Of a stretch of 64,000 nucleotides of DNA, positions 24,959-36,934 are shown piece by piece (position 1 is the first letter of the stretch; each line of letters starts with the position of its first letter). Location: contig NW_027362769.1 of the NCBI RefSeq assembly GCF_046119375.1, forward strand, positions 359,228,001-359,292,000, in the 5' to 3' direction. A program made the position numbers and the translations under genes. Origin of the DNA: Phyllobates terribilis (lineage: Eukaryota). The notes beneath the pieces were generated by a model. It was not told where the DNA came from, made no database searches, and was given only the letters and a program-made list of their open reading frames with translations.

Positions 24959-26989
24959 CAGGGGTGGATTAAGAGTAGCGCAGCCCCCCCCACACACACA
25001 CCTGATGTATCACATGTCACATGATCCCCTGTGATAGTTCACATGAAATTAATTGGGCACAATATTAATTATAATAATTTTTTTAGGCTGTTTGCCCACT
25101 ATGAGTTTTTTATGCGTTTCCGCCGCGGCAATTCCACTGCAGAAACACTTAAAAAACGCTTGGTAGAAGGCCTTCCATGTTCGCCAATGATAATCCGCAT
25201 GTGCACTGCACATGCTGCGGAAATTTCCGCTGCGGATTATCATTGCGGAAAAATCCGCAGCATTACCAATTATTTTGCGGAAGCGCGGCGTTTTCACCGC
25301 CATTGACTTGCAATGGAACGTATGGAATCCGCATCACTGCATTTGTACATGCAGAATCCATGCGTTTCAATGTGCAGATGGTAACCAGGTTTGGAGAAGA
25401 GGAGTCTCTCCGCACCCGGGTACCATAGAACCTGTAAAAAAAGAATAAAATAAAAAATAAATATTATACTTACCTTATGACGGCCCCCGGTGTCTTTATC
25501 CTATGCGTCCTGGCTTGCCGGCAGCTCGCGATGGTCTGAAAATGACCTGCCGTGACGTCATTTAGTCATGTGACGGGTCACACGACCGCTGACGTCGGCA
25601 GGCCATCAGAAGGTAAGTATATATTTTTTATTTTTTACCATTCTTTTACGTTCACACTATATAAATCCATGCTGGTTGCATGGATTTATATAGTGTAACC
25701 AAGTTGTCAAGCACTTTCCAAGTGATGCTAAAATCGCTTGGAAAGCGCTTGTCAACCCGCATGCAGAAATGCATGTGAAGAACGCTTCACTTCCGCTTGT
25801 CCCTGGCAGGAAAAACGCATGTACAATCCGCATGTTCAATCCGCACGCGTTTTTTCTGCCAGGGAGATACAGAAACGCTCAAAATATGAAGCACACGTAG
25901 CCATCTATACACAGCGCGAGGCCGCACGGTGCCATCTATACACAGCGGGAGGCCACAAGGTGCCATCTATACACAGCAGGAGGCCGCACGTAGCTATCTA
26001 TACACAGCAGGAGGCCGCACGGTGCCATCTATACACAGCAGGAGGCAGAACGGTGCCATCTATACACAGCGGGAGGCCGCACGTAGCCATCTATACACAG
26101 CGGGAGGCCACACGGTGCCATCTATACACAGCAGGAGGCCGCACGTAGCTATCTATACACAGCAGGAGGCCGCACGGTGCCATCTATACACAGCAGGAGG
26201 CAGAACGGTGCCATCTATACACAGCGGGAGGCCGCACGTAGCCATCTATACACAGCGGGAGGCCGCACATAGCCATCTATACACAGGAGGAGGCCGCACA
26301 TAGCCATCTATACACAGCGGGAGGCTGCACGTAGCCATCTATACACAGCGGGAGGCCGCACATAGCCATCTATACACAGCAGGAGGCCACACATAGCCAT
26401 CTATACACAGCAGGAGGCCGCACGGTGCCATTTATACTCAGCAGGAGTCCGCACGCAGTCACGCACACACAAACATATACAGACATATACATACATACAC
26501 GCATAAACACATTTGAAACACAAAAATACATATAAACAGACATCACTCAATGACATCTCTCTGAACACACACACACACACACACTCAATCACACACACAC
26601 ACACACACACTCACACACACTCACCATCCCCCGGCTCGGCTCCAGTCCTCCTGCTCCTCTCCGATGCAGCAGTGCAGGCCGGGAGCGCACTGCGTGACGT
26701 CACAGCTAGGAGACACGGCCGCGCACAGGGCCGTGTCTCCTAGCTGTGACGTGGCCGGACCAGCACAGGGAAGTTAACTGCTGCAGTGTTGGCGCGGCCG
26801 AATAAGAAGTAGCGGCCGTGCGCCGCTGCTGGGGAAGCGGTCCGGGGGCCCCCCCGCCACTGTCTGCCGTTATGTGCCGCGGCGCCGCACATATAATGAG
26901 GGCAATCTAGCCATAGACACCCCGGAGCCCCCCTGAGGAGCGGGGCCCCGGGCGGTAGCCCAGATTGCCCTCATTATAATCTGCCTATG
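24959..26989. mobile_element. Non-autonomous hAT-like element inserted in the 21-bp array
   Basis: Ends CAGGGGTGGATTA / TAATCTGCCTATG (imperfect TIR). 8-bp flanks TGTATAGT and TGTAAAGT match at 7/8. Confidence 0.65.
25895..26435 (+). repeat. 31-bp minisatellite (about 17 copies)
   Basis: Unit GCCATCTATACACAGCGGGAGGCCGCACGTA, located inside the hAT-like element. Confidence 0.9.
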
Positions 26990-27380
26990 TGTAAAGTATA
27001 TAGAGCAGCCTGTACAGTATATAGAGCAGTGTGTACAGTATATAGAGCAGTTTGCACAGTATATAGAGCAGTTTGTACAGTATATAGAGCAGCCTGTACA
27101 GTATGTACAGCAGTGTGTACAGTATATAGAGCAGTCTGTCCAGTATATAGAGCAGTGTGTACAGTATATAGAGCTGTCTGTACAGTATATAGAGCAGTGT
27201 GTACAGTATATAGAGCAGTTTGCACAGTATATATAGCTGCCTGTACAGTATATAGAGCAGTGTGTGCAGTATATAGAGCAGTGTGCACAGCATAAAGAGC
27301 TGCCTTTACAGTATATAGAGTAGTATGTACAGTATATAGAGCTGCCTGTACAGTATATAGAGCAGTCTGTACAGTATATA
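26990..27380 (+). repeat. Continuation of the 21-bp minisatellite
   Basis: Same unit as 24062-24958. Confidence 0.9.
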
Positions 27381-27955
27381 TGTAGCGCCCCAAGGGTTCG
27401 GTCGCTACAGAGGTATTGCATTTCACCCAGAGGTGCGATATCTCACTTCCAGGTAAGGATGGAGTGTGGCTCAGGACCCTAACACCCGCATGCACTACAC
27501 CACATTTCCGGGGGACAGGGCGACAATGCTCCCAAGTGTGAGCACAACTGCCCCTGTCCCTGGCTGGAATGGGGGGAGGGAACACCTAGAAAGGGGGAAC
27601 CCGGTAGTGTGTGGGTGTGGGAGAGTAGATCCTGGGTGCACTGATGAGAGAGGTATAAAAGGTGGGAGCCATCTTAGAGACAGTGCTCCGTCAGAGGGAA
27701 GAAGTGACAGAACAGGGCCTCTGTGGAGCTCTGCTCCGGAGGCGTGTCTAGCCTATGAGGCTCTGCCAGGACAGAGAGTAGAGAAGAGAGAGGAGAAGAC
27801 AGGGAGCAGGGGCTCTGTACGAGCTCTGCTCCACGGGCAGGCCAAGTCACAAGGCCTGGGCCTGGAGGAGAAGGAAGGAGAGGAGAGGAACGGAGGAGGC
27901 TCCAGGAGTGGACTGAAGGGACCCCAGGAGTGCGTACCTGGAGGATCCGTTGAAG
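27381..27955 (+). mobile_element. Truncated LTR, related to the solo LTR at 32249
   Basis: Starts TGTAGCGCCCC and aligns with 32249 onward (CAGAGGTA.TGCAT.TCACCCAGAGGTG...CAGGTAAGGATGGAGT). Confidence 0.7.
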
Positions 27956-28054
27956 CATTCCAGAGTAATTACCTCATAAAGTGACAGTGGTCAGAATTGT
28001 AAAAATTGGCCTGGTCATTAAGGCGCAAACCACCCTCGGAGGTAAAGGGGTTAA

Positions 28055-29900
28055 CATGAAAAATCCAACTGCCACAGGCGACTTAGAAGGTCTAATCTGA
28101 CCAGCAGCCAGGCTAGTCTGTATGTACTCCTCCAAGGCCTTTCTTTCAGGGATAGTCAGATTAAACAAGCGACTCTTGGGAAGAGTAGCTCCCAGAACAA
28201 ACTAAATGGCACAATCATAATCCCTATGAGGAGGTAAAACTTGTGTCTCCTCCTCCTAAAAAACCCTCCAAAAATCTTGAATAGGTACAGGTAATTCCCC
28301 TTTTTCCACAGCCGCAATGCGACCATTACAACATTTATGGTAAATTATTTAATACAACCAAGTCCAAAATTTCTTGGTGAGAGTCCATTGATAGTGAGAG
28401 GAAATGCAGCAACCTTGTGAGTAATACATTTCAAGGGAGTGTTATCAATAGCAATCACAGAAATAGGTGATGACAAAGGTTTGGATTTCAATTTATGTTT
28501 TTCCAAAAACCCTTTATCAATCACATTAAGTGTTGAACCACAATCCACAAATACCTGAAATTCAATCAAATTTTCCTGCAAAGTAGTACTCCCTGAAAGA
28601 AATACTCCTGCAGAGCGTAAACAAGCTATACGGGCGTACCTGACCTTTTTTTTTTTCTTTACTTAAACGAAGCTCACAATACTTAATCAAATGGTCAGCT
28701 TTACCACAATAAAGACACAATCCCTCGGCGAACCTCCGGTCTCTTTCCTGAGAGGGGAGAGACTTTGCCCCAACCTCCATCGTTTCTCCGCCGTCTGAGC
28801 AGATTTTCTGGGGGCTAGGACCTGGCATTATAGCAGTCTTTACCTCATTCTGCCTAAATCTCAGTCTCCTATCCACACAAACAGCTAATTGCATGGCATC
28901 CTGCAGAGTCTCAGGTGCGGGGAATGCAATTAGCAAATCCTTAACCCTTTCACTCAGACCAGCAAGAAATAGACATTTCAGAGCAGGATCATTCCATTTG
29001 ACATCTGAAGCCCATCTTCTAAAGTGTGTGCAATAATTTTCAACATCACCTGACCCCTGATTCAAACACCTGAGTTCTGTCTCAGCAGATGAGATTCGAT
29101 CAGGATCGTCATATAATAGACCCATAGCAGAAAAAAATTATTCTACAGACCTTAAGCATGGATCATTAGGTTGGAGAGAAAAGGCCCACCCCTGTGGTTC
29201 ATTGCGCAAAAGTGACATAATAAAACCAATGCGCTGTGATTCATTCCCAGAGGACCTTGGTCTCAAGCGAAAATATAACAAACAAGCATTTTTAAAGGAA
29301 AAAAAAATCTTGCTGTTTACCATTAAAAACATCAGGCAGTCCTACCTTGGGTTCCACAAAATGCGCTCCAGAACAGCTACTCACGTGTTGCTGGAGCTCG
29401 GCCACCTCCAGATACAATCCCTGCAAGCGTTGAGCCAAAACTTGGATGGAAGCCATACTGATCCCCGAATTTCTTTCCTTTAGTTTCTTTGGGCTGAACT
29501 TACTGTTATGATCTGCAACAAGCACTAAGGAAAGAAAGGGGAAAGCTATCCCTACAGTAAGACTAAGCTGAATCCCTACGATGTAACGGGCTGCCTGTTC
29601 TTTGTGAACAGACCCGCCTTAGTCCTCGGCTATTCTGAACGAAGACCAATAGAATAAGGGGAGGGGTCCCTAAAAGAACTAAGGACTGGAGCAAAAATGT
29701 TGCAGAGCACAAAAAGATAAACTGACCAAAGGTACTAGAGGTCCCAGAAGGACCAAGCGAACAGACAGGGAAAGGCACCGAAGCACCTCGCTAGCAAAAC
29801 AGTCAAACAACACTGAAGTCCAGCACAGCCAAAAGGGCGGAGCTGGAATATAAAGGCAGATGGTCACGTGACTGCAAAACACAAGATGGAAAAAACAAAC
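28055..29900 (-). mobile_element. Degenerate Ty3/Gypsy retrotransposon (partial LTR, gag, protease, start of RT)
   Basis: Frameshifted minus-strand ORFs. Gag carries a CCHC knuckle (CLYCGKADHLIKYC), the aspartic protease reads VFVDCGST, and the RT N-terminus reads [10 protein letters not shown]...[13 protein letters not shown]. An LTR end (TGTAAC on the plus strand) lies at 29582. Confidence 0.88.
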
Positions 29901-32248
29901 AGGAGGGTTCTAACAAATGATGAGCAAACGTGCTCACCACTACTCGGTACTCGCCGAGCATCACTGTGCTCGACATGCTCGCGAGTATTTCCGGGTTGCT
30001 GGGGCGGGAGCTCGGGTCACCTCCCTGCATGTTTGGCGCTATTTAGAGGGTCAAACAACATGCAGGGATTGCTTGCCACACACTGTAATGCCGTAGCCAT
30101 GTTGGTTGTGGCATTAAAGTGACTGACTGGCCGCATAGCGTCATCGGGTCTATTAAAGACCCGTTGACGCTATGCTTGTCACAGTCTACCCCGGAAACAG
30201 GCAGAGTAGGGAGAGCTGCTGCTTTCCCTACTCTGCCTGCTCAGCAGAAGTTCTAATTGCGCCCCCCCCCCCAAAAAAAAAAAAAAAGTAAATAATTGTC
30301 GTGGTAACAGAAGAGCAGATCTCACAACTTTCCAGCCATTACGTAGTAATTTTTCTCCTGCTGAAGTCCTAGATTCCTCTTTCATTGCCCCATAAAGTGT
30401 GATGCCAACAAAAGTGCCTCCAAAAACAGTATGGTACCCCCATGGGAATTCCTCCACATGCACAGTGTAATGACCCTACTGTACCCACCTCTACTCCCAG
30501 GGCAAAGTATGCTGACCCCAAAACTGTTTGATCCCCCAACTTTGACCCCCACACAGCCCTCCATGCAGTATAATGGGCCTATATACAGTATAATGGCCCC
30601 GCACAAACCTTCAGACTCCACAGAGTATAGTGCACTCGCCATGGTCCTCCACACAGTATAATGCACTCCCCACGGTCCTCCACACAGTATATTGCACTCC
30701 CCATGGTCCTGTATGCAGTAGAATGTAGCCCCCCATAGAGTAAAAATGCAGCCCCCACCATAGGGTAAAATGCAGCCCCAGTCCTCCAGTATTATCAGTA
30801 CGCACTGATTAAACATTCCCTCACTACCTTCAAGTCAACACTCACTGTAGCAAAACACACATATTTCTCATCTCTCATATCCTCCCTGTCTCACAACCCC
30901 AAACAACTATTCAACACCTTCAATTCTCTCCCTCATCCCCCAGTGTCTCCTCCCTCTCCTCTAATTTCAGCTGAAGACTTTGCCTCATTCTTCAAGCAGA
31001 AGATTGACACCATGAGAAAAAGCTTTTGCCTAATGTTCCCACAGCCAGAGCCGGACTGGAGTACCTGGGGCCCACCAGGAAAAAAAATCAATCTTGGGGC
31101 CCACCAGCACCATGCAGTTACCGTATATAAGAATAACATAAGTCCACAAACTCTTTCAAATTGATTCAACTTTATTAACCAATAAATAACCAATATAATG
31201 AATAAATAACACACTAAAGAAACACTCCTGGCAAAAGAGGAACACTGTTATCTTATTCACATGAGTGTGTGATAAAGTGCCATAACAGAACAATAACAAT
31301 AAATACTTTCAAGGTACATTCTCTTAAAGTATGAGTGCCACAAATTGAACCGGCATCTATCTAGCAACCCAGCAGCCAGCATCATTGTAGCAGCACCAAA
31401 CTTGGCCCACTGGGAAAACTTAAAGAATTCTGTAAGCATTTTGGAAGTTTATATTGCACGTTTTCCTCTCCTCTATAATACAGTACCATTCAATTGTTAG
31501 TGAAAGGCCCAAAACAACAAATAAACACACACTAACAGTCATTCAGCAGCAAAATTACAAAAATTTTTTTCAGAACAGAAGATGACATTACATGCGTATT
31601 AATAATGTATCATAGTCTAAGTTCCTTGAAATGTCATACTCAATGTTCAACAGAAGGAGTGACTCTAAAAGCTCCTGTCCAATCGAAGACCTCAGACGAT
31701 TTTTTACTATTTTCAGCTTTGAGAACACTCTTTCACATGAAACCTGGGTGCAAGCAAGTGTAAGAAGTGTCTTGTAAACTGCAAAAATGTTTGTGTAAGC
31801 AGCAGAATGTAAATTGCAGTCATATAAAAGTCTGTAGCAGCAGGAAAGACAGTTTTTTTGCGGGACAAGTTGTACTTTCAGATGCAATAATTTATTTTAC
31901 CATATAGTGTACAGGGAAATGGCAATAAAAGTTCCAAGTGCAGTAAAACTGCAAAAAAAGTGCAATTACACATTTGTTTATTGGGTTTTTTAGTCACCAT
32001 GTTCACTATATGGTAAAACCGACGTGACAGTGTCATGCCTCGGGTCAGTATGTGTTCGTAGTTACCAAACATGTATACCTTTACTGGTATCTAAGTGGTG
32101 AAAACAAATTCACAAGTTTGAAAAAAAAAATCACACTTTTCGCGCCATGTTCTGCAAACCGTATTGTTCTCATTTTTTTGGATCTGGGGCTGTGTGACAG
32201 CTTAATTTTTGTGTCTAGAGCTGACGTGCATCTCTGCTGCTGTGTAGT

Positions 32249-33292
32249 TGTGGCGCCCCTGCGGGTTCAGTCGCCACAGAGGTACTGCATCTCACCCAGA
32301 GGTGTGGTATCTCACTCTCAGGTAAGGATGGAGTACTGCCAGGGACCCTAACAGCTGCATCCAACACATTCCACTTCAGTGGGGGCAGGGCGAGATTGCT
32401 CCTAAAGGAGAGCACAGTCCCTGGTCCCTAGCTGAAGGGTGGAACTATGTAGTGGGTGTGGGTGGAGGACGTAGTTCAGGGAAGCACAGGAAACGAAGTG
32501 ATATAAAAGAGGGAACCATCTTGGGAAGTGAGTTCAGCCAGTCAGAGGATGAAAGTGAGGGGAGCAGAGGCTCTGCAGGAGTTCTGCTCTGGAGGCGGGC
32601 CTAGTGAGAGGCCCAGGACTGAGAGAGGCGAGGGAGCAGGAGAAAGGCTCCAGGAACAGAAGGGATCCCAGGGGTGCGGGCAGTGCTGGAGGCCACCCGT
32701 ACGCCCAAATCTGCCAGGCGGTGAAGGGATCGAGCCGCAGAGGGGACCTGCTCCTAAACTCGTGGAGAACTACAAGGCTCAGCTAGGAACCGGAAGCTGC
32801 TGTACTTGTAAGGTGCAGTGGCCACATCCACAATTATATCGCTGAGAAGGTGGCCAGAGAGGGTCCAGGGGACTGCAGGTCACCCGACAAGACCCGAGGC
32901 TACCGGATTGGGACACTGATTGCGAGGCGCAGGGCAGGAGGGCGAGAGCCAGTGCAGGAAGATGACAGAGGAAGGCACATAGAAAGGGGTCCTCTCAGGC
33001 ACAGCCTATAACATCTACACTGCCCTGGACCTAAGCTCTACCTTTGGAGAGCCACACCAGCTTTGCTGCACTAACATCAGCTCCAGAGGACCTGCTCCGC
33101 ATCGGCGGCTCCCTTTAGCCGCATACCACAGGTGGCATCACAAACTTTATATATAAACTATAATCCCCTGTAAATAATATTCCCCTTTTTACTGACTGCC
33201 CTGGGTCACGGACCGGGTTGCCGCCACTGTGACATCTCCCCTAGCAACGACCGGCCCGGCACCAAGTACCCCACGGCCCAGGGGGCGCGTCA
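32249..33292 (+). mobile_element. Solo LTR, 1044 bp
   Basis: TG...CA ends with short inverted termini (TGTGGCGCCCC / GGGGGCGCGTCA) and a 4-bp TSD TAGT. Confidence 0.85.
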
Positions 33293-34016
33293 TAGTAGTC
33301 ACACACAGGGAGAGGCTAAACATCCAAGTATTTAATATGTATTACAAATAAAGAAAGTTCCCATTCTTAATATCCGAAAAAACAAATGACTGACAAAAAT
33401 CCACTATACCTAGAGAAATACCACCACACCATGACCAGAACACATACCACTACATAGTGATCAAATACTACCAAGTACAAGGTATATATACTGCCACACC
33501 ATGAGAAGACCACATACTACCACCACATACATCCTGTCCGAATAATACCACAAACAAGGGATAAATACCGCCACGCCATGACCATAGCACATAATGGCAC
33601 CAGATAGTGACTGATAATGAAAATGTAAAAAAGCTCTGTATATAGAGTCAGTGTACAGATAATGTAGAGATTATCAGTGACATTATACACAGGAGCTCTG
33701 TGTATAGTGTGAGTGTAGAGGTAATACAGTGATCACCAGTGACATTATGCACAGGAGCTCTGTATATAGTGTCAGTGTGTGTGTATAGGTAATACAGTGA
33801 TCACCAGTGACATTACACACAGGACCTCTGTATATAGTGTCAGTGTGTGTGTATAGGTAATACACATACTCACCAGTGATATCTCCAGTTGAAGTTCTTT
33901 ATCTGCAGACCGATATATCACATCTTCTATGCAGGACTTATCTCTGCAGAAAATAACATAGTTAGATATAACTGATTACTTCCAGAGCCCAATCCACACT
34001 TTTCCCAAGATTTCTA

Positions 34017-35655
34017 TGTAACATCCCTGGCGGCGTGCTTGCATAGTGCACCACCTCCCACTATGCAAGACCGCAATCTTACCTGTCAGTCCAGCCTGCA
34101 AACCTTGCTCCAGTTCATGCTGTATGCATGTCTCTTGACTGACTGCTTAGGGCGGTGGCCCGGTTACTTCCTGATTCTTATAGCTGCTGTGGGCGCACCC
34201 CTAATGCGTCTCCAGCCTATTGCTGAGAGTCACTGGATATTTAAACCCCCTCCACCCAGAAGGAGGGGCCTGAGCAACACCTTCACTCAGTTTGTCTTTG
34301 CAACTGAATTGCCAGGTCCTGTCCTGTATCTTGTCTGTTTCCGCCACTCTGGGGGCTGCATACCCAGACCTGATATCTCTGACTTCTAGTCTGTTTCCGC
34401 CACTCTGGGGGCTGTATACCCAGGCCTGTTAACTGTGACTTCTAGTCTGTTTCCGCCACTCTGGGGGCTGTATACCCAGGCTCGTACTTGTATCTCATTG
34501 CAGTAGCAGTTCCTGTCTGAACTGTATCCTAGCCTGTTACCTGTTTGTCTCTATGTCCGTACCTTCCCTTTTCCTGCAGTATCTGAACCTGCACCTAACT
34601 CCTACTCGTTGTCTCTGTACTTCTGTTTGTGAGTTTTGTGTCCACTCGCTACTTCATAGTAAGTACCTTGTGTGTATCTGGTTCGGCTTGTCCCTTTTCC
34701 CTTCCTCCGTATCTTCTTCCATTTGTTCTAGCCATCTTCCTGTGCTTTCCAGTCTGTTCCATGTGAAGAGAGCCCTGTCCTCTCTGCCTGCACCTTCAGC
34801 CCTCTCTGCTCTGACTTGCTCACCGCGCCAGCAGTTTCTCTCTGCTCTGCCTTGTCCACCGCACCTGCGGTTTCGCTCTGCTCAGCCTTGTCCACCGCAA
34901 CTGCGGTTTCGCTCTGCTTTACCTCGTCGACCGCACCTGCGGTTTCGCTCTGCTCTGCCTTGTCCACCGCTCCGGCGGTTCCTCTCTGCTCTGCCTTGCC
35001 CACCGCACCTGCGGTTTTTGCTCCACTCTGCTTGCTCACCGCACCAGCTGTTCCTCTCTGCTCTGCCTTGTCCTCCGCTCCGGCGGTTTCGCCTTACTCT
35101 GCTTGACTACCCCATCTGCTGCTCTGAACCTGTCTCCCAGTCTGTACTGGACCCTATCCAGCCTGCGCTCCAACCTGCTAGTACCTCCCTGTCTGCACTC
35201 CAGCCGTGCTTGCCAGTGCCCACCTGTCTGCATACCAGCCGTGCTTGCCAGTGCCCACCTGTCTGCATACCAGCCGTACTTGCCAGTACCCACCTGTCTG
35301 CATACCAGCCGTACTTGCCAATACCCACCTGTCTGCATACCGGCCGTGCTTACCAGTATCCACCTGTCTGCATACCAGCCGTGCCTGCCAATACCCACCT
35401 GCCTGTATGCCAGTCTAACCTGCCTGTTCCTGCATTCCCCGGTGTGGGTCAACAACAGTGACCGGGTCTGACCTGGAGTAGCACCTGGTCCCTCTGCTAG
35501 GTTCCTCCTTGGTTCACAGAGTCGACTAAGCCGCCGTGCAACCTTGGTCGGATCGGGTTGATACTTAGTTATGCCCCTCCAGGCGCTCCTCGGTTCATGG
35601 TACAGTGGGATCACTAATCATGCTCTCGCCAGTCAGTCCAGGCGCGAGCGTAACA
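34017..35655 (+). mobile_element. Solo LTR, 1639 bp, with internal tandem repeats
   Basis: TGTAAC...GTAACA ends and a 5-bp TSD TTCTA (34012-34016, 35656-35660). Confidence 0.85.
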
Positions 35656-35986
35656 TTCTACACTGCATGAAATGACAAAAAAAAAAACATAGTGCCGCAC
35701 TACACAGTAACAGTGCTCCAGTGTCATTCTGTGCCTGCTCATCTCTGTCAGCAGACATATTTGTCTGATGGCAAAGATGTAGCAGAGCTGAAGACAAAGG
35801 ACCTATGGATTACGTTGGAGTGAGGATTTTTCTTTATTAAAGATGGAGTCCCTAAATGAGTTTTATTTTTAATAAAAAAAAAATTCTGTCTTTTTTTTTT
35901 CTGTTTACTAGAAATTCATTGTGGCTATGTCTAATTTGGCGTGACACCATGAATTTCGGGCTTAGTACCAGCTGATAATACAAAGC

Positions 35987-36663
35987 AATAGCAAAAAGAA
36001 CTACGGCACTCCATACATGAAAATATAAGAAATATTGTATCTAGACTAATGTCACTTTGAAAAATGAAGTTTTTTTGCGCATAATTTGGCCAATTTATGT
36101 GTGCCCATCAACCACGACAAGGTCACCTTCGTATGATGGGAAACTACGCTATGCTACCACTGGATATGCCACTCTTGGGCTGTAAGCCTGTATGGACAAT
36201 ATGTCTCTGCTTGGGCTTTTAACCTACAATGTATGGGCTGGTAGAGCTAGTTAAAACCACCTGTGACTGAATGGAAGGGACACATGGTCAGAAAAAAGGC
36301 TGTCAAACTTCTAATAGTGTGAACACGTACCTGCTGCAATGCTCCAGGAGCGGGATCCCAAAAATGATTAATAGAAAAAAGAGAGGGGTCGCTCACTGGT
36401 CTATTCGTGTGCTCTGAAGAAAAGAGTAATCTCAATAGCAAAAAGAACTTCGGCACTCCATACATGAAAATATAAGAAATATTGTATCTAGACTAATGTC
36501 ACTTTGAAAAATGAAGGTTTTTTGCGCATAATTTGGCCAATTTATGTGTGCCCATCAACCACGACAAGGTCACCTTCGTATGATGGGAAACTACGCTATG
36601 CTACCACTGGATATGCCACTCTTGGGCTGTAAGCCTGTATGGACAATATGTTTTTTCTTTTTT
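35987..36663. mobile_element. Insertion with 219-bp terminal direct repeats and a 15-16 bp TSD (possibly Penelope-like)
   Basis: 35986-36204 is nearly identical to 36433-36651. CTGATAATACAAAGC is duplicated at 35972-35986 and 36664-36678. Confidence 0.55.
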
Positions 36664-36934
36664 CTGATAATACAAAGCAGGCCTGGTAATAACCCTATTA
36701 TTACCCAGGGTGCCACTCACCACCAGGGCCGCTGGAAGAGCCGGGTAAATCACCTGGAAATGGTGCTATGATGAATGCACCATTTTCAGGGGTGGCTGCA
36801 GGCAGCGATTTTCAGCGTGGGGGCCAAGAACGCTTGGGCCTTACCATGCTGAAAATCCCAGCCCCCAGCTGCCTTGTTTTATCTGGCTGGTGATCAACAT
36901 ATGTCGGGAGCTGGGCAATGGGCATGATTATCAA

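Noticed and set aside
23034-27585. Long repetitive ORFs (YRSGMQ, MPDLYC, LYTVHTA, VQYIEQ)
   Set aside because: These are translations of the 18-, 21- and 31-bp minisatellites, open in several frames and on both strands.
36410-36450. Possible hammerhead ribozyme core (CTGAAGA) in the direct-repeat element
   Set aside because: No GAAA follows a closing stem II and stems I and III could not be built.
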